Positions 1 through 9,441 of a stretch of 64,000 nucleotides of DNA are shown in pieces; positions within the stretch are counted from its first letter, which is position 1, and each line of letters begins with the position of its first letter. The position numbers and the translations under genes were made by a program. The stretch covers positions 945 to 64,944 of the forward strand of contig JBELLK010000007.1 of NCBI GenBank assembly GCA_042088625.1, written 5' to 3'. The DNA is from Flavobacteriales bacterium. Lineage in GTDB: Bacteria; Bacteroidota; Bacteroidia; Flavobacteriales_D; Sanyastnellaceae. Under the pieces are notes generated by a model. It ran no database searches. It was not told the origin of the DNA and saw only the letters and a list, made by a program, of their open reading frames with translations.

Positions 1-330
1 GAGCCATCCACTCCAACACAACGCCACGGTGGTGAAGCCCCAGTGCGTCACGACCACCACCCGTCGCTTGACAAGCCTGCCAACCAAGGCGCGGCTAGGC
101 TTGTTGATTCGATCTTCTCGAACGTCAAAGTAGTCGTTGATCAAGTTGCCCGCAGCGCCTACAAGCATGGGCACCACAATCCATCCGATTTGTCCGGTCT
201 GCCAGAGTGACGTCAAGTCGCTTCCAAGCCAACGCATCACGATCAAGACTATGCCCCCCATGGCCAACACGTTCCAAGGTCGCGTCAGTCGCAGCCAATG
301 AAAGAAGGGAAGAAGGGCGGCGGGAATCAT
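1..330 (-). CDS. UbiA-family prenyltransferase, N-terminal 110 codons (3' end lies beyond the left edge)
   Basis: Absent from the ORF track because it has no stop in the window. My reverse-strand translation from ATG 330..328 reads MIPAALLPFFHWLRLTRPWNVLAMGGIVLIVMRW...VGAAGNLINDYFDVREDRINKPSRALVGRLV. It shows hydrophobic helices plus the Asp-rich N-x3-D-x3-D motif typical of UbiA enzymes. Confidence 0.6.
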   Translation of the reverse strand, partial: MIPAALLPFFHWLRLTRPWNVLAMGGIVLIVMRWLGSDLTSLWQTGQIGWIVVPMLVGAAGNLINDYFDVREDRINKPSRALVGRLVKRRVVVVTHWGFTTVALCWSGWL

Positions 331-337
331 GTTGCTG

Positions 338-1330
338 TCAGCCGTGGGTGGCGTCAATCAAGGAGCCGCCTTGCGAGGTGGTGTGGGCGTAGTTGAAGCC
401 ACCGTGGATGGCGTGGGCGCCCGTCTCACCTGAACGTGAAAGCGCGAGGTAGCCCACTTGGAGGTCCGCTGTGGGCATGCGCTCCATGATTCGGTGGACG
501 GCTTCCTCGCAGGCGGCTTGGGCCGTGCGTCCTTGACGCATCAATTCGACCACCAAAAACGACCCGACGGTTTTCATGACGGCTTCTCCGAGGCCTGTGG
601 CCGTGGCTCCGCCGATTTCGGAGTCCACAAACAAACCTGCGCCCAAGATGGGACTGTCGCCAACGCGGCCGTGCATTTTGTAGGCCAGTCCGCTGGTGGT
701 GCAACCACCTGCCAGCCGACCTTCGTCATCGAGCGCCAAGAGGCCGATGGTGTCGTGGTTTTCGATGTTGATGACGGGCTTGTAATCAGACGTTTTGCGC
801 CAATCTGCCCAAGCACGTCGCGAGGTGTCGGTGATCAGTTCGACAGAATCGATGCCCAATTCTCGGGCATATTGTTCTGCACCGGCCCCAGCAAGCATCA
901 CGTGGGGCGTGTCTTCCATGACCTTGCGTGCCAGCGAGAGGGGGTGCAAGACGCCTTGCACAAAACACACCGACCCTGCATTGCCAGTGTGGTCCATGCA
1001 GCACGCGTCAAGGGTGACATGGCCGTCTCGATCGGGCAGGCCTCCAATCCCAACGCTGAGACCCGTCGCGTCGGCTTCGACCACACGCGCTCCAGCCTCA
1101 ATCATGTCCATGGCGTTTCCGCCTTGCTGCAAGGCCAAAAACCCAGCAGCATTGGCTTCGACGCCATGGTTCCAAGTGGAAAGCATGGAAGCTTCGCCAG
1201 CGTCTCCCGCACCGTGGACATTGGGGATGTGTTTGGCCAACATGGTGTTCAATGTCCACGGCGACAAGCCAAGTGTGGCCCCAGTGGCGGCGAGTTTTTG
1301 CAAGAAGGCACGGCGAGAAGAATGTCCCAT
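338..1330 (-). CDS. Ntn-hydrolase of the asparaginase_2 family (glycosylasparaginase / isoaspartyl peptidase), Tat-exported
   Basis: 330-aa ORF with a twin-arginine signal (SRRAFLQKLAATGATLG) and the autoprocessing nucleophile motif NHDTIGLLALD. Confidence 0.85.
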   Translation of the reverse strand: MGHSSRRAFLQKLAATGATLGLSPWTLNTMLAKHIPNVHGAGDAGEASMLSTWNHGVEANAAGFLALQQGGNAMDMIEAGARVVEADATGLSVGIGGLPDRDGHVTLDACCMDHTGNAGSVCFVQGVLHPLSLARKVMEDTPHVMLAGAGAEQYARELGIDSVELITDTSRRAWADWRKTSDYKPVINIENHDTIGLLALDDEGRLAGGCTTSGLAYKMHGRVGDSPILGAGLFVDSEIGGATATGLGEAVMKTVGSFLVVELMRQGRTAQAACEEAVHRIMERMPTADLQVGYLALSRSGETGAHAIHGGFNYAHTTSQGGSLIDATHG

Positions 1331-1343
1331 GCCGGGAAGTTCG

Positions 1344-3620
1344 TCAAACCTTGGGCTTAAACCAACGAAGCACCATCCAAGGCAGGAAGGTCAAGTCGGC
1401 CACCACTGCAAAAAGCAGCGTCAAGCTGATGAGGAAGCCGATGTGGAAGGTTCCCAGAAACGACGAGGAGGTGAGCGTCATGAACCCACCACAGAGGATC
1501 AAGCTGGTCACCACGATGGCTTTGCCTGTGGCCAAAAAACTCCGCTTGACGGCCACAGGAAGCGACCGGCCCTGGCTGAGTTGCAATCGGAGCTTGCTTA
1601 AGAAATGGATCGTGTCATCCACCGCTATGCCAAAAGCCACAGTGAAGATGATGCCTGACGTCACTTTCAAATCCACATCCATGAGCACCATGACACCGGC
1701 AATCATGACGAGTGGCAACAGGTTGGTGATCAAGCAAAGCACAACCATGGCGCCGCTTCGGAACAACAACCCCGCAATGATGGCCACGGCAATCAGGGCC
1801 AATCCCAGACCACCGACCATGTCCGACGCCAGAGACGCATTGTTGACATCCACCAGATGTGCCGTTCCCGTCACTTTCCAGGAGCTGCCTTCGGGCAAGT
1901 TGGCTTCGCACCAAATGTCGAGTGCGTCATTTTTGGCTTGAATCACCTGAGATCCGGTGTCTTCTACCTTGCCAAACACGCGCACACTTTTGCCATCTGC
2001 TGTGACAAGTGCGTCCCATTGCCCCGACCGTTTCATCACCCTCAGAAGCTTTTTCAGGGTCGACGCTTGTTTTGGGATGCTGTAATGCTCTTCACGGTCA
2101 CCCATCCATCCGCGATGCGCCATGCGAACGGCGGTGGCGGGCCCTACGATGGCCCCGACGCCGTAATCTGATTTCAGATGAGATTCCAACTCATCCAAGG
2201 CCCTAAGCGAGGCAGGAGATTCCACCAAATCTGGCAACGCAACCGAGAGTTCAAAGGGGCGTACGCCGGCAAATTCTTCCTCGAAGAAGGCAAACTGTTT
2301 GCGGAAGGGGTCGTCTTCGCGAAGGTCTTCGATGAGTTTGTTGTCCACGCGAAGGTTGCTTCCAAGGAACGTCGTCGCTCCGGCAATGCCCACCCAAGCG
2401 ACGGCCAGGGCCGCCTTGTTGCGGAGTGTCCAGCGCAGTGCGCGGTGCAAGGCACCATTCCAGAACACACCTGACCCTTGTTTGGACACCACAGGAGGAG
2501 GGGCGAGCACCATGACACTTGGAAGCAAGGTGAAGGCCAGGACATACGCCACGCCCACACCCACGGCGGCGTACACCCCAAAGTCGTGGACGGGACCGAT
2601 GGAACTCGTCAACAGGGTTAAAAAGCCGAGGGCCGTGGTCAACGAAGTGAGGAACGTGGCCAGACCCACTTCTCGGAACGACCGGCTCATGGCCTCTTCA
2701 TGCGTGGCATCAGATCGTCGCTCATCGTAATAGCGTGTCAGCACGTGCACCACATCAGAAATGCCCACAACAAACAGGATGGTCGGAAGCACGACCGTCA
2801 TGACGTCCACGGCTTTTCCTGTGGCCACCATGATGCCAAGGGTCCATAGGCCGCTCATAAGCACGACAGTCAAAGGCACCAGAATGCCCCAAACCGTGCG
2901 GAAAGCGAACCACAAAAACGCGACCAACAGCACGATGCCCACGCTCACGAACCACGCAACCTCCCGCTCCATGACGCCCACGTAGTAGGCCTGCGCCACG
3001 GCGCGGCCGGAGACGTGGATGTCGAGGATGGACGATTTGGTCTCGTGCAGGCGTTCCTCCCACTCGGCCACAGCCGTGGCCAAACTGTCGCAGCCCGCCT
3101 TGCTCAATCCGTCTCGGTGCTCGAGCGTCAGGGCCACGGCACGGCCGCTCGGACTGACAAACGTGCCCATGATGTCATCTCGCTGTCGCAGACGGTCCAA
3201 ATCCTTGGTCAAAGTGCTGTCGTTGTCCCAGGCCAAGAGTGGTCGCTGAAACACCATCCCGCTCAAGCGGTCGCGCACGGGCAACTCCAAACGGGTGGGG
3301 GACTGCACCAACTCCACGCCCGGCAGCGTTTCGAGCGCGTCGATCTGCGCGTCGATCTCCGCCAGAAACTCAGACGTCAGCGCCTCGCCTTCGAAGCCGA
3401 CGATGAGAAAATCGTTGTCGCTGCCAAACGTTTCCCGGAACTCCCGATAGAAGGTCGTTTCAGGATGGTCGGCAGGAAAGAACTGTTCGAAGTCGTAGTT
3501 GAATTGCAACCCCAAAGCTTGCCAGGTCATCCAACCGGAAGTGGCCAAGAGCAACCCAAGCACAGCCCAGGCTCGGCGTCGCCAAGAAGGAGGGAGGGCG
3601 TTTTGTCTTGAAGCGCTCAT
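1344..3620 (-). CDS. MMPL/RND-superfamily membrane exporter
   Basis: Two multi-TM bundles separated by large soluble loops, the MMPL-type layout. Start moved from 3671 to ATG 3620 (MSASRQNALPPSWRRRAWAVLGLLL). The dnaK terminator occupies 3670..3699 and an AACCTTTG -7-like box lies 4 nt upstream of 3620. Confidence 0.8.
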   Translation of the reverse strand: MSASRQNALPPSWRRRAWAVLGLLLATSGWMTWQALGLQFNYDFEQFFPADHPETTFYREFRETFGSDNDFLIVGFEGEALTSEFLAEIDAQIDALETLPGVELVQSPTRLELPVRDRLSGMVFQRPLLAWDNDSTLTKDLDRLRQRDDIMGTFVSPSGRAVALTLEHRDGLSKAGCDSLATAVAEWEERLHETKSSILDIHVSGRAVAQAYYVGVMEREVAWFVSVGIVLLVAFLWFAFRTVWGILVPLTVVLMSGLWTLGIMVATGKAVDVMTVVLPTILFVVGISDVVHVLTRYYDERRSDATHEEAMSRSFREVGLATFLTSLTTALGFLTLLTSSIGPVHDFGVYAAVGVGVAYVLAFTLLPSVMVLAPPPVVSKQGSGVFWNGALHRALRWTLRNKAALAVAWVGIAGATTFLGSNLRVDNKLIEDLREDDPFRKQFAFFEEEFAGVRPFELSVALPDLVESPASLRALDELESHLKSDYGVGAIVGPATAVRMAHRGWMGDREEHYSIPKQASTLKKLLRVMKRSGQWDALVTADGKSVRVFGKVEDTGSQVIQAKNDALDIWCEANLPEGSSWKVTGTAHLVDVNNASLASDMVGGLGLALIAVAIIAGLLFRSGAMVVLCLITNLLPLVMIAGVMVLMDVDLKVTSGIIFTVAFGIAVDDTIHFLSKLRLQLSQGRSLPVAVKRSFLATGKAIVVTSLILCGGFMTLTSSSFLGTFHIGFLISLTLLFAVVADLTFLPWMVLRWFKPKV

Positions 3621-3669
3621 GATGCAAAGGTTGAACAGGCCTCCGGCTTTGCAGTTCACCTGAAGGCAC

Positions 3670-3699
3670 AAAAAAGCCCCGCACGCGGCGGGGCCTTTT
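3670..3699 (-). terminator. Rho-independent terminator downstream of dnaK
   Basis: 7-bp GC stem GCCCCGC (3676-3682) / GCGGGGC (3688-3694) with a 5-nt loop. On the minus strand it is followed by TTTTTT (A-run 3670-3675). Confidence 0.65.
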
Positions 3700-3720
3700 G
3701 GTTCACAGGGTGAAGAAGTG

Positions 3721-5628
3721 TCAGCTCTCCTTCACTTCTTCAAAGTCCACATCGGTGACTTCAGCGTCGCCATCCGCCTCAGCGCCGGCATCGCCGGAGG
3801 CTCCCGCGTCAGAACCCGCAGCTTGTTGCGCCGCGTACATCTCTTGACTAGCCGCTTGGAAGGCGGTGTTCAGCGCTTCGATGCCTGACTTGCAACCATC
3901 GACGTCCTGTGCACCATGAGCCTTCTTGAGGTTCTCGAGGGCTTCGTTGATGGGCGCCATTTTGTCTTCGGGAATCTTGTCCCCAAATTCCTTGAGCTGC
4001 TTTTCCGTTTGAAAGACCAGCCCGTCGGCTTGGTTCAACACGTCGACGCGTTCTTTGGCTGCGGCGTCTGCGTCTGCATTGGCCTCGGCGTCCGCTTTCA
4101 TGCGTGCGATTTCGTCCTCGCTCAAACCGCTGGATGCTTCGATTTTGATGCTTTGTTCCTTGCCGGTGGCTTTGTCTTTGGCTCCGACGTTGATGATGCC
4201 GTTGGCGTCGATGTCGAAGGTGACCTCAATTTGAGGCACGCCGCGCGGTGCGGGTGGGATGTCCGCCAGGTGGAATCGACCAATGGTTTTGTTGTCCGCG
4301 GCCATGGAACGCTCGCCTTGCAGCACGTGGATCTCGACGCTTGGCTGGTTGTCGCTTGCCGTGGAGAAGGTCTCCGACTTTTTGGTTGGGATGGTCGTGT
4401 TGGCGTCGATGAGTTTGGTGAAGACTCCACCCATCGTTTCGATGCCAAGTGACAAAGGTGTCACGTCCAAAAGGAGAACGTCTTTCACATCGCCAGTCAA
4501 GACACCGCCTTGGATGGCGGCACCCACAGCCACCACTTCGTCGGGGTTGACACCCTTTGAAGGCTCCTTGCCGAAGTACGCCTTCACCGCGTCTTGCACG
4601 GCGGGAATGCGGGTGGAACCACCCACGAGGATCACTTCGTCGATGTCCCCCTTGTCGAGGCCAGCGGCTTTCAAGGCGCTCATGCAGGGCTCAATGGAGC
4701 GCTTCACGAGGCTGTCCACCAACTGCTCAAATTTGGCACGACTCAAGCTGCGGACCAAGTGCTTGGGCACGCCATCCACAGGCATGATGTAGGGGAGGTT
4801 GATCTCAGAGGTAGTCGTGCTGGAGAGCTCGATTTTGGCCTTCTCAGCGGCTTCCTTCAAACGCTGCAGCGCCATCGGGTCTTTGCTCAAGTCAAGGCCG
4901 CTGTTCTCGCTCTTGAATTCGTCCACGAGCCATTCGATGATGGCCTGGTCAAAGTCGTCACCTCCCAGGTGCGTGTCCCCGTCTGTCGAGAGCACTTCGA
5001 AGACGCCGTCGCCGAGTTCGAGGATGCTCACGTCATGCGTGCCACCACCCAAGTCGAAGACCACAATTTTCTGATCGGTCGCCTTTTTGTCAAGGCCGTA
5101 AGCCAAGGCCGCTGCCGTGGGCTCGTTGATGATGCGCTTCACTTCCAAGCCTGCGATTTCTCCGGCCTCCTTGGTGGCTTGGCGCTGGCTGTCGTTGAAG
5201 TAGGCGGGGACAGTGATCACCGCACCGGTGACCTCTTGGCCAAGGTATTCTTCAGCAGTGCGCTTCATCTTCTGAAGCGTCATGGCTGAAATTTCTTGGG
5301 GCGTGTATTGACGGTCGTCAATTTGAACGCGGGGCGTGTTGTTGTCGCCTTTCACCACGTTGTAAGCCACGCGACCCGCTTCCTTCTCCACTTCCGAGAA
5401 GCTCGATCCCATGAAGCGCTTGATGCTGGAGATCGTCTTTGTGGGGTTGGTGATGGCTTGACGCTTTGCAGGTTCGCCCACTTTGCGTTCGCCACCATCG
5501 ATGAAGGCCACCACAGACGGAGTGGTTCGTTTGCCTTCGCTGTTGTTGATGACCACCGGTTCATTGCCTTCCATCACTGCAACGCAGCTGTTGGTTGTCC
5601 CGAGGTCGATGCCAATGATTTTACTCAT
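3721..5628 (-). CDS. dnaK: Molecular chaperone DnaK (Hsp70)
   Basis: 635 aa. [18 protein letters not shown]..., [10 protein letters not shown] and [14 protein letters not shown] motifs, with an acidic C-terminal tail. Confidence 0.98.
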   Translation of the reverse strand: MSKIIGIDLGTTNSCVAVMEGNEPVVINNSEGKRTTPSVVAFIDGGERKVGEPAKRQAITNPTKTISSIKRFMGSSFSEVEKEAGRVAYNVVKGDNNTPRVQIDDRQYTPQEISAMTLQKMKRTAEEYLGQEVTGAVITVPAYFNDSQRQATKEAGEIAGLEVKRIINEPTAAALAYGLDKKATDQKIVVFDLGGGTHDVSILELGDGVFEVLSTDGDTHLGGDDFDQAIIEWLVDEFKSENSGLDLSKDPMALQRLKEAAEKAKIELSSTTTSEINLPYIMPVDGVPKHLVRSLSRAKFEQLVDSLVKRSIEPCMSALKAAGLDKGDIDEVILVGGSTRIPAVQDAVKAYFGKEPSKGVNPDEVVAVGAAIQGGVLTGDVKDVLLLDVTPLSLGIETMGGVFTKLIDANTTIPTKKSETFSTASDNQPSVEIHVLQGERSMAADNKTIGRFHLADIPPAPRGVPQIEVTFDIDANGIINVGAKDKATGKEQSIKIEASSGLSEDEIARMKADAEANADADAAAKERVDVLNQADGLVFQTEKQLKEFGDKIPEDKMAPINEALENLKKAHGAQDVDGCKSGIEALNTAFQAASQEMYAAQQAAGSDAGASGDAGAEADGDAEVTDVDFEEVKES

Positions 5629-5793
5629 GTTGCAAGGGTTGATTGTTTTCGTTGATTCGACCGACCTAGACCAAACCTGGTGCCAACACGCCTTCTGTGA
5701 ACTTGTGCTGACATCCTGTCAACCCGGCATGAGATTTTATGACAAGAGCGTCATGATTTGTGCCCGATGCCTGACAGGCTGTCGCAAACGCAA

Positions 5794-6549
5794 TCAGGCC
5801 CCCGTAGGTTTGGCAACCCACTCACTGACCTCGCGGAGGTGCTCAGTCACATGGAGCATTCGAGAGCCGTACCAACTGAAGGCTTCTCCGTCGACCAGCA
5901 TGAACCGCCTATTCGGATGGTCCTTCCCGAAGCGAACGAGGTGCTTGTCTTTGAAGGGGAAAGGCTCTGACGGCAGAAGCCAGCAATTGCCGAGGCCGAC
6001 TCCCGTGTCAGGTGTTTCAGCGAGGGTGGGGTAACGTCCTTCGAGATCTTTCAGTCCAATGGCGTTGTCGATGCCCCAATGTGCCATGACGCTGTGGATG
6101 AATGTGTCGGGACCGGCCACCATCCAGGGCGAAGACCAAACCGCATACCCGGCACGGCCCACCAACGGCTTCGGGTCGCCCCAAGCTTCCTCAATTCGTC
6201 GAGCCATGTGGTCGGCGGCAGCACCGCGATCCACGGCTTCCCCAAGGCGTCGCATTTCACTCAAGGCATGCCCCACGGTGCGCACGTCGGTCACGATCAC
6301 GCCTTCCGGTGGCATAGTGTCCATCAAGGCTTCGATCTGCGCACGATCGTTCTCTTCTCGGTTGGCCACGATCAAATCGGGTTGAAGGTCCAATATGGCG
6401 TCAATCTTGACGGTCTTCGTGCCTCCGACGCGTGGCTGTGTGCGGTGCGCGGTTTGGGGTCGGACGCAAAATTTGGTTTGCCCCACCACATTGACGTCGA
6501 GGTCGTGCAAGAATTCCGTCCAGCTGGGCACAAGTGAAACCACGCGCAT
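5794..6549 (-). CDS. Periplasmic-binding-protein fold protein (BtuF/FecB-like, cobalamin/siderophore-binding type) with no signal peptide
   Basis: 251 aa starting directly MRVVSLVPSWTEFLHDL...DLIVAN, the class III PBP pattern. No N-terminal hydrophobic leader is visible. Confidence 0.6.
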   Translation of the reverse strand: MRVVSLVPSWTEFLHDLDVNVVGQTKFCVRPQTAHRTQPRVGGTKTVKIDAILDLQPDLIVANREENDRAQIEALMDTMPPEGVIVTDVRTVGHALSEMRRLGEAVDRGAAADHMARRIEEAWGDPKPLVGRAGYAVWSSPWMVAGPDTFIHSVMAHWGIDNAIGLKDLEGRYPTLAETPDTGVGLGNCWLLPSEPFPFKDKHLVRFGKDHPNRRFMLVDGEAFSWYGSRMLHVTEHLREVSEWVAKPTGA

Positions 6550-6567
6550 GATGCGAAGTTAGTCCGC

Positions 6568-6575
6568 TACCTTTG
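6568..6575 (+). promoter_or_regulatory. Bacteroidota -7 promoter box TACCTTTG, 4 nt before ATG 6580
   Basis: Exact match to TAnnTTTG. The same 8-mer at the same spacing recurs at 21491 and 37673. No clear -33 TTG seen. Confidence 0.45.
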
Positions 6576-6579
6576 CGGC

Positions 6580-7620
6580 ATGAAGGCGCCTGTCAGATTT
6601 GCGGTGGTTGGATGCGGTCACATCGGCAAGCGCCATGCTGCCATGATTCAAGCAGATCACGAGGCTCAACTTGTGGCGGTGGCGGACCACGCATGGTCAA
6701 AAGCGGATCTCGAAGAGGTCATCAAGGCTGGGTCTTGGGCAGAGGGTGCGCGTGCGCACGTTTCGCTCGCCGATGCCTTGGAATCCCACGACTTGGATGT
6801 CATCGCAGTGGCGACTCCCAATGGGAGCCATGTTGAGTTGGCGTCAGCGGCCATCGAAGCGGGTTGCCATGTGGTCTTGGAAAAACCCATGGGCCTCGAC
6901 GCAACCTCAGTGGAAGGGCTTCAAGCCAAGGCGGACGAAGCTGGACTTTTGGTGTTTGGGGTGATGCAGAACCGCCACGCTCCAGCCGCCCAATGGCTGA
7001 AGTCGAGTCACGGGGGAGGCCAGTTTGGGGACATTCTTCAAGTGCATGTTCAATGCCTTTGGAATCGAGATCACCGGTACTACACACCTGGATCTTGGCG
7101 TGGCACCATGAAAGAGGATGGAGGTCCGTTGTTCACTCAATTTTCCCACTTCGTGGACATCCTGATGTGGGTGTTTGGGCCTTTGGACATTCAAGACGCC
7201 CATTTCGTCAACCAAACCCACCAGGACGTCACGGAATTTGAGGATGGAGGCGTTGTGCGTTTCCGATTGAAAGAGGGGGGATGGGGAACCTTGACCTTCA
7301 GCACGGCCACGCCTCATGGCAATTTCGAAAGCAGCATGACCGTGATGGGCACCAAGGGCACGCTTCGCATCGGTGGGCAGTACATGGATCGTGTGGAGGA
7401 CTTCAACATCCCAGGGTGTGAGTATCCTTCATTGCCCCAGTCGCCACCAGCCAACGACTATGGTGGATACACGGGGTCAGCGGCCAACCACCATCACGTG
7501 TACGACAATGTTCTTGAGGTGCTCTTAAGAGAAGGGGAAGTGGCCACGCCCATGGAAGAAGGTCTGGCCGTGGTGCGCGCCATCGAACACATGAACCGGT
7601 TGGGTCGCCGTCACTTGTGA
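6580..7620 (+). CDS. Gfo/Idh/MocA-family NAD(P)-dependent oxidoreductase
   Basis: 346 aa with an N-terminal Rossmann motif (FAVVGCGHIGKRHA) and an EKP motif (VVLEKPM). Confidence 0.85.
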   Translation: MKAPVRFAVVGCGHIGKRHAAMIQADHEAQLVAVADHAWSKADLEEVIKAGSWAEGARAHVSLADALESHDLDVIAVATPNGSHVELASAAIEAGCHVVLEKPMGLDATSVEGLQAKADEAGLLVFGVMQNRHAPAAQWLKSSHGGGQFGDILQVHVQCLWNRDHRYYTPGSWRGTMKEDGGPLFTQFSHFVDILMWVFGPLDIQDAHFVNQTHQDVTEFEDGGVVRFRLKEGGWGTLTFSTATPHGNFESSMTVMGTKGTLRIGGQYMDRVEDFNIPGCEYPSLPQSPPANDYGGYTGSAANHHHVYDNVLEVLLREGEVATPMEEGLAVVRAIEHMNRLGRRHL

Positions 7621-8477
7621 GCGGTCGGCTTGGTCCAGTTGCGCCAGATGCGCGGAAACAGCCATCGGAACCAACGTGGAGCGCGGACCCATCGTCGCAT
7701 GAACACGACATCGGCGCCGAATTCAGTGTAGAATTGATCCACCCCAGGGTCTTGGCTGCCGCCAAAATCAAATCTGGTGCATCCCCGTTTATGCGCATGG
7801 CGCATGGCTTCAAGAATCATGGCCACAGAGGCCCGTCCAGATTCGAGTGATCTGGCTTGCCCGCCAAAAGCGTAAACGCATGTGTGGTCAGGCAGGATGA
7901 CGAATCCCCCGGAGGCAATGCACTTGCCCTCTGCATTCCGGGCAAGTACTGAAAAGGTCCAGTCGGCGTCAGCAATCCGTTGGAGGAGGGCGCTTAATTT
8001 TTCGGGTTGCGCATCCAGGCCTTTTCGGTCTCGAGAAGCGCGGTGAAGGTTGAACACCTCATCCCATCCCGCGTCTCGGTCGTGAATCTCAACCGACCCA
8101 GATTCACGTTCAAATCGCTTCGCTTGCTTGACCCGATTCTTAGGCAAAGCTGATTCAAAGGCGGCATCAAGACCAAGCTGTCGTGTGTGTCGGAACACCT
8201 CCAACCATCCTTTTGGGGCCGCCAAGGAGGGAGACGCTCCCGGTCCCAAATCAATGACGCTGAGTGTGGTTTGAGCGCAGGTCAAAGCATGTTTGAGCTT
8301 TTCCTGCGTTGCGGATGAACCATGCCAAGCCACATGAAGTGCCCAAGGGGGCGTGCACATGATGGGGATCAAGCCCTTCAATCTCGAAGTGTGCAACGGG
8401 ACTCGGACCCCGTCTTCTTCTAGAAACAGGCTTCCTTGGTCAAGCCACTCAGGCGACGCGAAGCCGGTGCTGGTCAT
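7611..8477 (-). CDS. FemAB-like / GNAT (Acetyltransf_6-type) acyltransferase
   Basis: 288 aa. The C-terminal half (YAFGGQARSLESGRASVAMILEAMRHAHKRGCTRFDFGGS...QFYTEFGA) resembles FemAB/BioF2-like GNAT proteins, from memory only. Confidence 0.5.
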   Translation of the reverse strand: MTSTGFASPEWLDQGSLFLEEDGVRVPLHTSRLKGLIPIMCTPPWALHVAWHGSSATQEKLKHALTCAQTTLSVIDLGPGASPSLAAPKGWLEVFRHTRQLGLDAAFESALPKNRVKQAKRFERESGSVEIHDRDAGWDEVFNLHRASRDRKGLDAQPEKLSALLQRIADADWTFSVLARNAEGKCIASGGFVILPDHTCVYAFGGQARSLESGRASVAMILEAMRHAHKRGCTRFDFGGSQDPGVDQFYTEFGADVVFMRRWVRAPRWFRWLFPRIWRNWTKPTAHK

Positions 8478-8517
8478 GCAGTTTGGGAAAGAGGGTTGCG
8501 ACGCGAACCAAAGCGGA

Positions 8518-9330
8518 TCACCCGCCCACAGAACGCTTCACCGCTTGGAACTCACGGTCGTTGCCCAACAAGTCTTCGCCCAATTTGATGTATTCACGCA
8601 TGGTCTCCTGATCGCCCATGGCGTTGAGTTGTTCGATGGTGAACACAAAGGCGAACTGGAGCAATTCGTTTTGGCCTTCCGTCAAACCGCGGCCTTGCTG
8701 GTCGAGGATGAGGTTCTTGGCCTTTTCCCAGCACACCTCGGCATCGCGACGCGCCTTCAAAGTCAGGTAAACCGTGCCAAACATCAACCACGCCCCGGGG
8801 TCTTCTTCGTCAAGGGCTGTGAGATACTTGTAGTAGCCCTTGGCCTTGGTGTATTTTTCGTTGTCGATTTCTGTCTCCGCCGCCACGAGGGTTTCCTTCC
8901 GCAATTCTTCGATGAATTCCTGTTCCCCGGGCACATATTCCATCTCGCGGTCTTTCTTGACAAACTTGCTGGCGTATTTCAAAGCATTCTTCAGGGCTTT
9001 CAGCTTGTCGACTTCGTAGGCCTCGCGGAGATCGGCATCGTCGCTCTTGTGAATGGAGAGGTAAGCATTCGACATGTAGAAGTACGGCATGGGATGCTTC
9101 TTCTGCTCGTCGTCCTCGGTATACCGAATCGCCTTGTACAGGACTTTCTCATATTTTCCGTCCACACACCAAGACAAAAGTTCATCCAAATCTTCTTGCT
9201 TGATCAAGATGGGGTCTTCGTCGTCATCCTTGTTGCGCTGACCTTGGGCCTCGAGGGTCACTCCGGTGAAAAGAATCAAAAACAAGGAAAGCACGGCCAG
9301 CAGAGATGTGCGAGAAAAAGAAATGTTCAT
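8518..9330 (-). CDS. Secreted hypothetical protein (charged, helical-repeat-like)
   Basis: Start moved to ATG 9330 (MNISFSRTSLLAVLSLFLILFTGVTLEAQG, a signal peptide). Realistic K/E/D/Y-rich composition. No family recognised. Confidence 0.6.
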   Translation of the reverse strand: MNISFSRTSLLAVLSLFLILFTGVTLEAQGQRNKDDDEDPILIKQEDLDELLSWCVDGKYEKVLYKAIRYTEDDEQKKHPMPYFYMSNAYLSIHKSDDADLREAYEVDKLKALKNALKYASKFVKKDREMEYVPGEQEFIEELRKETLVAAETEIDNEKYTKAKGYYKYLTALDEEDPGAWLMFGTVYLTLKARRDAEVCWEKAKNLILDQQGRGLTEGQNELLQFAFVFTIEQLNAMGDQETMREYIKLGEDLLGNDREFQAVKRSVGG

Positions 9331-9441
9331 GGCTTCAATGGGTTTGGCTTGCTTGAGGACACAAACCATGCCGAAAGATACAAGTTGACAACACAAGGAC
9401 CGGATGGGCAGGCCAAATGTTGTTTGAACTGACACACTTTT

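Noticed and set aside
5650-5675. GGTCGAATC (minus strand) resembling a tRNA T-loop in the dnaK upstream spacer.
   Set aside because: No acceptor stem, D-arm or anticodon arm can be drawn around it. The spacer holds no cloverleaf.
5629-5793. Expected a CIRCE (TTAGCACTC-N9-GAGTGCTAA) or sigma-32-type promoter upstream of dnaK.
   Set aside because: Neither consensus is present. Only the TGACA/TGTCA inverted repeats, reported separately, are seen.
8353-9432. 359-aa plus-strand ORF opposite the secreted hypothetical gene.
   Set aside because: The minus-strand frame has a proper signal peptide and realistic composition. The plus frame is V/F/L/H-rich shadow sequence that overlaps the FemAB-like gene start.
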